A stretch of DNA of 64,000 nucleotides, from assembly GCA_902615715.1 (NCBI GenBank), contig CACMQA010000004.1, positions 11,814 to 75,813 of the forward strand. The letters are read 5' to 3'. This document shows positions 60,462-64,000 of the stretch, piece after piece. The translations under genes were made by a program, and so were the position numbers. This stretch comes from an uncultured Pelagibacteraceae bacterium (GTDB lineage Bacteria; Pseudomonadota; Alphaproteobacteria; Pelagibacterales; Pelagibacteraceae). The notes beneath the pieces were generated by a model. It made no database searches, was not told where the DNA came from, and saw only the letters and a program-made list of their open reading frames with translations. Positions within the stretch are counted from its first letter, which is position 1; each line of letters begins with the position of its first letter.

Positions 60462-62844
60462 AATTTTATTAATATTTTTAGTTTTTTTTTTTAGTAACTC
60501 TCACGCTGAAAATCTCTTAATTACAGCAAAAAATATTACACTAGATAAAGACCAAAACGTTTCAATTTTTAAAAATGATGTTGTTGTTAAGACTAAAGGT
60601 AATACGTTAAAAGGAGAGTTTGCAAAATACGATAGGAACTTGGGTTTTTTAATTTTAAAAAATAATATTACAATTTTAGATGAAAAAAATAATCTTATGA
60701 ATGCTGATTACGTAGAGTATTACGAAAAAGAAGAATTGCTTAAAACAATAGGAAAAACAAAAGTTGAAACAGCTGAAAAATACACAATTAATGGTGAAGA
60801 TTTAACTCTAGACAACAAAAATAAAGTTATTAAGTCTGAGAAAAAATCAATTTTAAAAGACGAAGATGGAAATTTGATTAATTTAGAAAATTTCGAATAT
60901 TCAATAAATAATAGTCTTTTTAAGTCAATAGGTTTTATCGAAATTGAAGACATAAGAAAAAATAAATATGAATTTACTCAGGTTTTTATTGACACAAAGA
61001 AAAAAGAAATATTAGGCACTGACTCAAAAGCTTATTTCAATGATGATGAGTTTAAAATAAACCCTAAAAATAATCCTCGTGTTTTTTCTAACACGATAAA
61101 TCTAACAAAAGAAAATAGCAGCTTTGATAAAAGTGTTTTTACTTTATGCCAATTCAGAGAAAATGATGACTGTCCTCCTTGGACAATTCAATCAAAGAAA
61201 ATGTTACATGATAATTTAAAAAAGACTATCTATTACAATAATGCAATAATAAAGGTTTATGATTTTCCAATATTTTATTTTCCAAGACTATCTCATCCTG
61301 ATCCGACAGTAAAAAGAAGATCTGGTTTTTTAATTCCTTCTTTTTCAGACTCTAAAAATTTAGGCGGTGGTATTTCGATTCCATATTTTTTTGATTTAGG
61401 CGCTGATAAAAATTTTACTCTTACAAATAAATTTTATGTCTCTGAAAACCCGTTGTTCTTAGGTGAATATCATCAAGCTTTTAAAAACTCTAATCTATTA
61501 ACTGACTTTGGTTATACTGAAGGATATAAGAAAACTAACACAAAAAAAAGAGAAGGAAGAAAATCACATTTTTTTACTAAGATTGTTAATAATTTTACAG
61601 ATAAAAACAATCATGAAAATACTCTAGAATTTAATGTTCAAAAAGTTTCTAATGATAAATATCTTAAATTATATAAGATTGATTCAAATTTAGTTGATTA
61701 TAATACTGAGAATTTAGAAAACTCAATTAATTTTTCCCATCAAAGGGAAGACCTGTTTTTTGGATTAAATGCTAGTATATATGAAACGCTTATAGAAGGT
61801 TATGAGGATAAATATGAGTATATTTTACCAGAGATAACTCTAGATAAAAATTTATTTTCTAAAGAAAATATTGGAAGTTTAGAATTTCAAGCAAATTACA
61901 AAGTACATAATTATGACACTAACAAATTAACAAATTTTTTAGTAAATGATTTTAATTTTGAGTCAAAAGAAAATCTTTTCGACAATATGTTTAACTCAAA
62001 AATTTTAGCTAATTTGAAAAATATAAATTATGAGAGTAAGAATGTTGATATTTATAAAGATGATTCTACTAGTGAAATATTTGGATCATTAGGACTTTTA
62101 TCAGAAATTAATTTTCAAAAATTTAGAGAAAATTCAAAACATTTTTTTAAACCTAAAATGCTTGTAAGATTGTCTCCTGGAAGCATGAGGCAAGAAACAA
62201 GTGGATCAAGATTAACCCCTACAAGTGCTTTTGATATGAATAGAATTTCAAGTATCAATAATTACGAAACAGGTATTACCAGTACAATAGGATTTGACTA
62301 TAAAATTAAAAATAACAATCTCACAAAATTTGATTTTTCATTAGCTCAGGTAATAAATGAAAAAGAAAATAAAAAAATGGCAGATAAAAGTAGTTTAAAT
62401 GAAAAACTTTCTGATTTAGTGGGATCTAGCAGTTTTAATATAACTGAGAATTTCAAACTTAATTATAATTTTTCAATAGATCAAAATTACAATGACTTTA
62501 ACTATAATGAATTTGGGGCCAAATACGAATACGGAGCTTTAAATTTAAATTTCGATTATTTAAGTGAAAATAAACATATTGGGGATGAGGACTATTTAAA
62601 AACTGAATTAAATATTAAAAATAAAGATAAAGGTCTTTTATCATTTAAAACTAAAAGAAATTTAGTTACAGACTCCTCAGAGTTTTATAATCTAAGCTAT
62701 GAATACATTAATGATTGTCTTAGAGCAGGATTGGTTTACCGTAGAGAGTTTTATAAAGATACAGAGTTGGATCCAGAGGACTCTTTAATGTTTAAAATTA
62801 CTCTTGTACCATTCGGAAGCTTGGATAGCCCAAAATTTGACTAA
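60451..62844 (+). CDS. lptD: LPS assembly outer-membrane protein LptD
   Basis: 797 aa with a signal peptide, an OstA-like N-terminal domain, CPPWTIQSKKM, the FPIFYFPRLSHP motif and a long beta-barrel region. Confidence 0.9.
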   Translation: MKNKILLIFLVFFFSNSHAENLLITAKNITLDKDQNVSIFKNDVVVKTKGNTLKGEFAKYDRNLGFLILKNNITILDEKNNLMNADYVEYYEKEELLKTIGKTKVETAEKYTINGEDLTLDNKNKVIKSEKKSILKDEDGNLINLENFEYSINNSLFKSIGFIEIEDIRKNKYEFTQVFIDTKKKEILGTDSKAYFNDDEFKINPKNNPRVFSNTINLTKENSSFDKSVFTLCQFRENDDCPPWTIQSKKMLHDNLKKTIYYNNAIIKVYDFPIFYFPRLSHPDPTVKRRSGFLIPSFSDSKNLGGGISIPYFFDLGADKNFTLTNKFYVSENPLFLGEYHQAFKNSNLLTDFGYTEGYKKTNTKKREGRKSHFFTKIVNNFTDKNNHENTLEFNVQKVSNDKYLKLYKIDSNLVDYNTENLENSINFSHQREDLFFGLNASIYETLIEGYEDKYEYILPEITLDKNLFSKENIGSLEFQANYKVHNYDTNKLTNFLVNDFNFESKENLFDNMFNSKILANLKNINYESKNVDIYKDDSTSEIFGSLGLLSEINFQKFRENSKHFFKPKMLVRLSPGSMRQETSGSRLTPTSAFDMNRISSINNYETGITSTIGFDYKIKNNNLTKFDFSLAQVINEKENKKMADKSSLNEKLSDLVGSSSFNITENFKLNYNFSIDQNYNDFNYNEFGAKYEYGALNLNFDYLSENKHIGDEDYLKTELNIKNKDKGLLSFKTKRNLVTDSSEFYNLSYEYINDCLRAGLVYRREFYKDTELDPEDSLMFKITLVPFGSLDSPKFD

Positions 62845-63773
62845 TGAAAAAATATTATTTTTTTATTTATTTTTTTATTTTTATTTTTTCTTTTAACAAT
62901 AATTTAAAATCAGAGATAAAAAATAAAATAATTGTTAAAGTTGATAAAAAAATTATTACAAGTTTTGAAGTAAAAAATAAAATATTAAGCACATTAATAA
63001 TTGCTGGAAATGAAATTACACAAGAAAATATAAATAAATTGAAGGGACGAACTTTAGAGAATCTTATACTATTTAAATTAAAAGAAATTGAATTAGAGAG
63101 GTTTGATTTTAAAATAAGCAATCAAAGAATAAACACAGTTATAAATAATTTTTCAAAAAATAATACTCAAGAATTAAAAAATAAATTTAATATTAATGGT
63201 TTAGATTTTAATTTATGGGTGAAAGAAGTAGAAACAGAGCTTAAATGGCAACAATTCATATATTATAAATATTCAAATAAAATAGAAATTGACAAGAATA
63301 TTATTGAAGCGGAAGTTAAAAAAATACTTAAATCTAATATCGGTTATAAAGAAGTAAATCTATCTGAAATAGAGGTATTTCAGAGTGATCAAGTTCCAAA
63401 TGAACAGTTAATTGCTGAAATAAATGATGAAATTAAAAATAATGGTTTCGAAAATACAGCTTTAAAATTCAGTGTTTCAAATTCTTCAGCTGAAAAAGGA
63501 AGTATTGGCTGGATAAATTCTAACGCACTATCAAAAAAAATTAATGATGCCATTAAAGATTTAAATCCTGGCCAAATCAGCAAACCCATATTGCAAACAA
63601 ATAGTATTTTGATATTAAAGTTAAATTCAAAGAGATTTGTTCAAAATAATAATATAAATAAAAAAAAATTAACTGAAAATTTAATAAAGCAAAAACAAAA
63701 TGAACTATTTAACTTATATTCAAATAGCCATTTATCAAAATTAAAAAATAATAACTTAATTGAATATAAATGA
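62844..63773 (+). CDS. surA: Periplasmic chaperone/peptidyl-prolyl isomerase SurA (single parvulin domain)
   Basis: 309 aa. Signal peptide, a SurA N-terminal-like region and one parvulin domain (AEKGSIGWINSNALSKKINDAIKDLNPGQISKPI). Sits in lptD-surA-pdxA order. Confidence 0.85.
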   Translation: MKKYYFFIYFFIFIFSFNNNLKSEIKNKIIVKVDKKIITSFEVKNKILSTLIIAGNEITQENINKLKGRTLENLILFKLKEIELERFDFKISNQRINTVINNFSKNNTQELKNKFNINGLDFNLWVKEVETELKWQQFIYYKYSNKIEIDKNIIEAEVKKILKSNIGYKEVNLSEIEVFQSDQVPNEQLIAEINDEIKNNGFENTALKFSVSNSSAEKGSIGWINSNALSKKINDAIKDLNPGQISKPILQTNSILILKLNSKRFVQNNNINKKKLTENLIKQKQNELFNLYSNSHLSKLKNNNLIEYK

Positions 63774-64000
63774 AAAAAAAAATAATTATAATAGCAGGCG
63801 ATCCAAGAAGTATAAATTCAGAGATAATTTTTAAATGTTGGAAAAAGTTATCTAATAATATCAAAAAAAATATTTATTTAATAGCTAATTTTAAATTAAT
63901 TAAAGAACAGTTCAAATTATTAAATTACAAAATAAATCCAATTATTGTTAAAGATATATTTAAATCAGATAATTCTAATAAACTTAAAGTAATAAATATA
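63770..64000 (+). CDS. pdxA: 4-hydroxythreonine-4-phosphate dehydrogenase, N-terminal 77 codons (runs off the window end)
   Basis: Not in the ORF track because it has no stop in the window. My translation: MKKKIIIIAGDPRSINSEIIFKCWKKLSNNIKKNIYLIANFKLIKEQ.. (compare GDPxGIGPEI in PdxA). ATGA overlap with the surA stop, in the classical operon position. Confidence 0.7.
   Translation, partial: MKKKIIIIAGDPRSINSEIIFKCWKKLSNNIKKNIYLIANFKLIKEQFKLLNYKINPIIVKDIFKSDNSNKLKVINI

Overview
This is a very AT-rich (roughly 70% A+T by eye, not computed) and extremely gene-dense bacterial chromosome segment. Gene content and order point to a streamlined alphaproteobacterium, most plausibly a SAR11/Pelagibacterales-type genome; this is inference, as no search was run. 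The diagnostic arrangements are nuoA-N running straight into birA-coaX-rnj, hdaA, an NDUFA12-like gene with DUF2155, pepA divergent from lptF-lptG-lptD-surA-pdxA, tRNA-Leu-tig-clpP-clpX-lon, and an Rrf2 regulator followed by sufBCDS-sufU-sufT-sufA. I call 62 protein-coding genes (two cut by the window edges), three tRNAs (Asp-GTC, Val-TAC, Leu-TAG) and one programmed +1 frameshift in prfB, which the ORF track shows only as a truncated ORF. Nearly all same-strand neighbours overlap by 1-17 nt (ATGA/TAATG junctions). Eight convergent pairs share or overlap their stop codons, and two divergent pairs are only 24-27 nt apart. I see no rRNA, CRISPR array, transposase or integrase, prophage, toxin-antitoxin or recognisable defence gene. 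I do not see a convincing novel multi-gene system. The items most worth a second look are: (1) an 852-aa SDR + cupin + C-methyltransferase fusion divergently paired with a GT17-like glycosyltransferase beside a tRNA pair; (2) a stand-alone homologue of the NrdJ C-terminal (TSCPD) domain; (3) a tRNA-Leu whose CCA end lies 7 nt from the tig start codon; (4) a minimal RNase E without the Zn-link and a 189-aa BirA; (5) A11-A13 tracts inside essential genes. CDS coordinates come from the supplied ORF track, with some starts moved to internal ATGs where noted.
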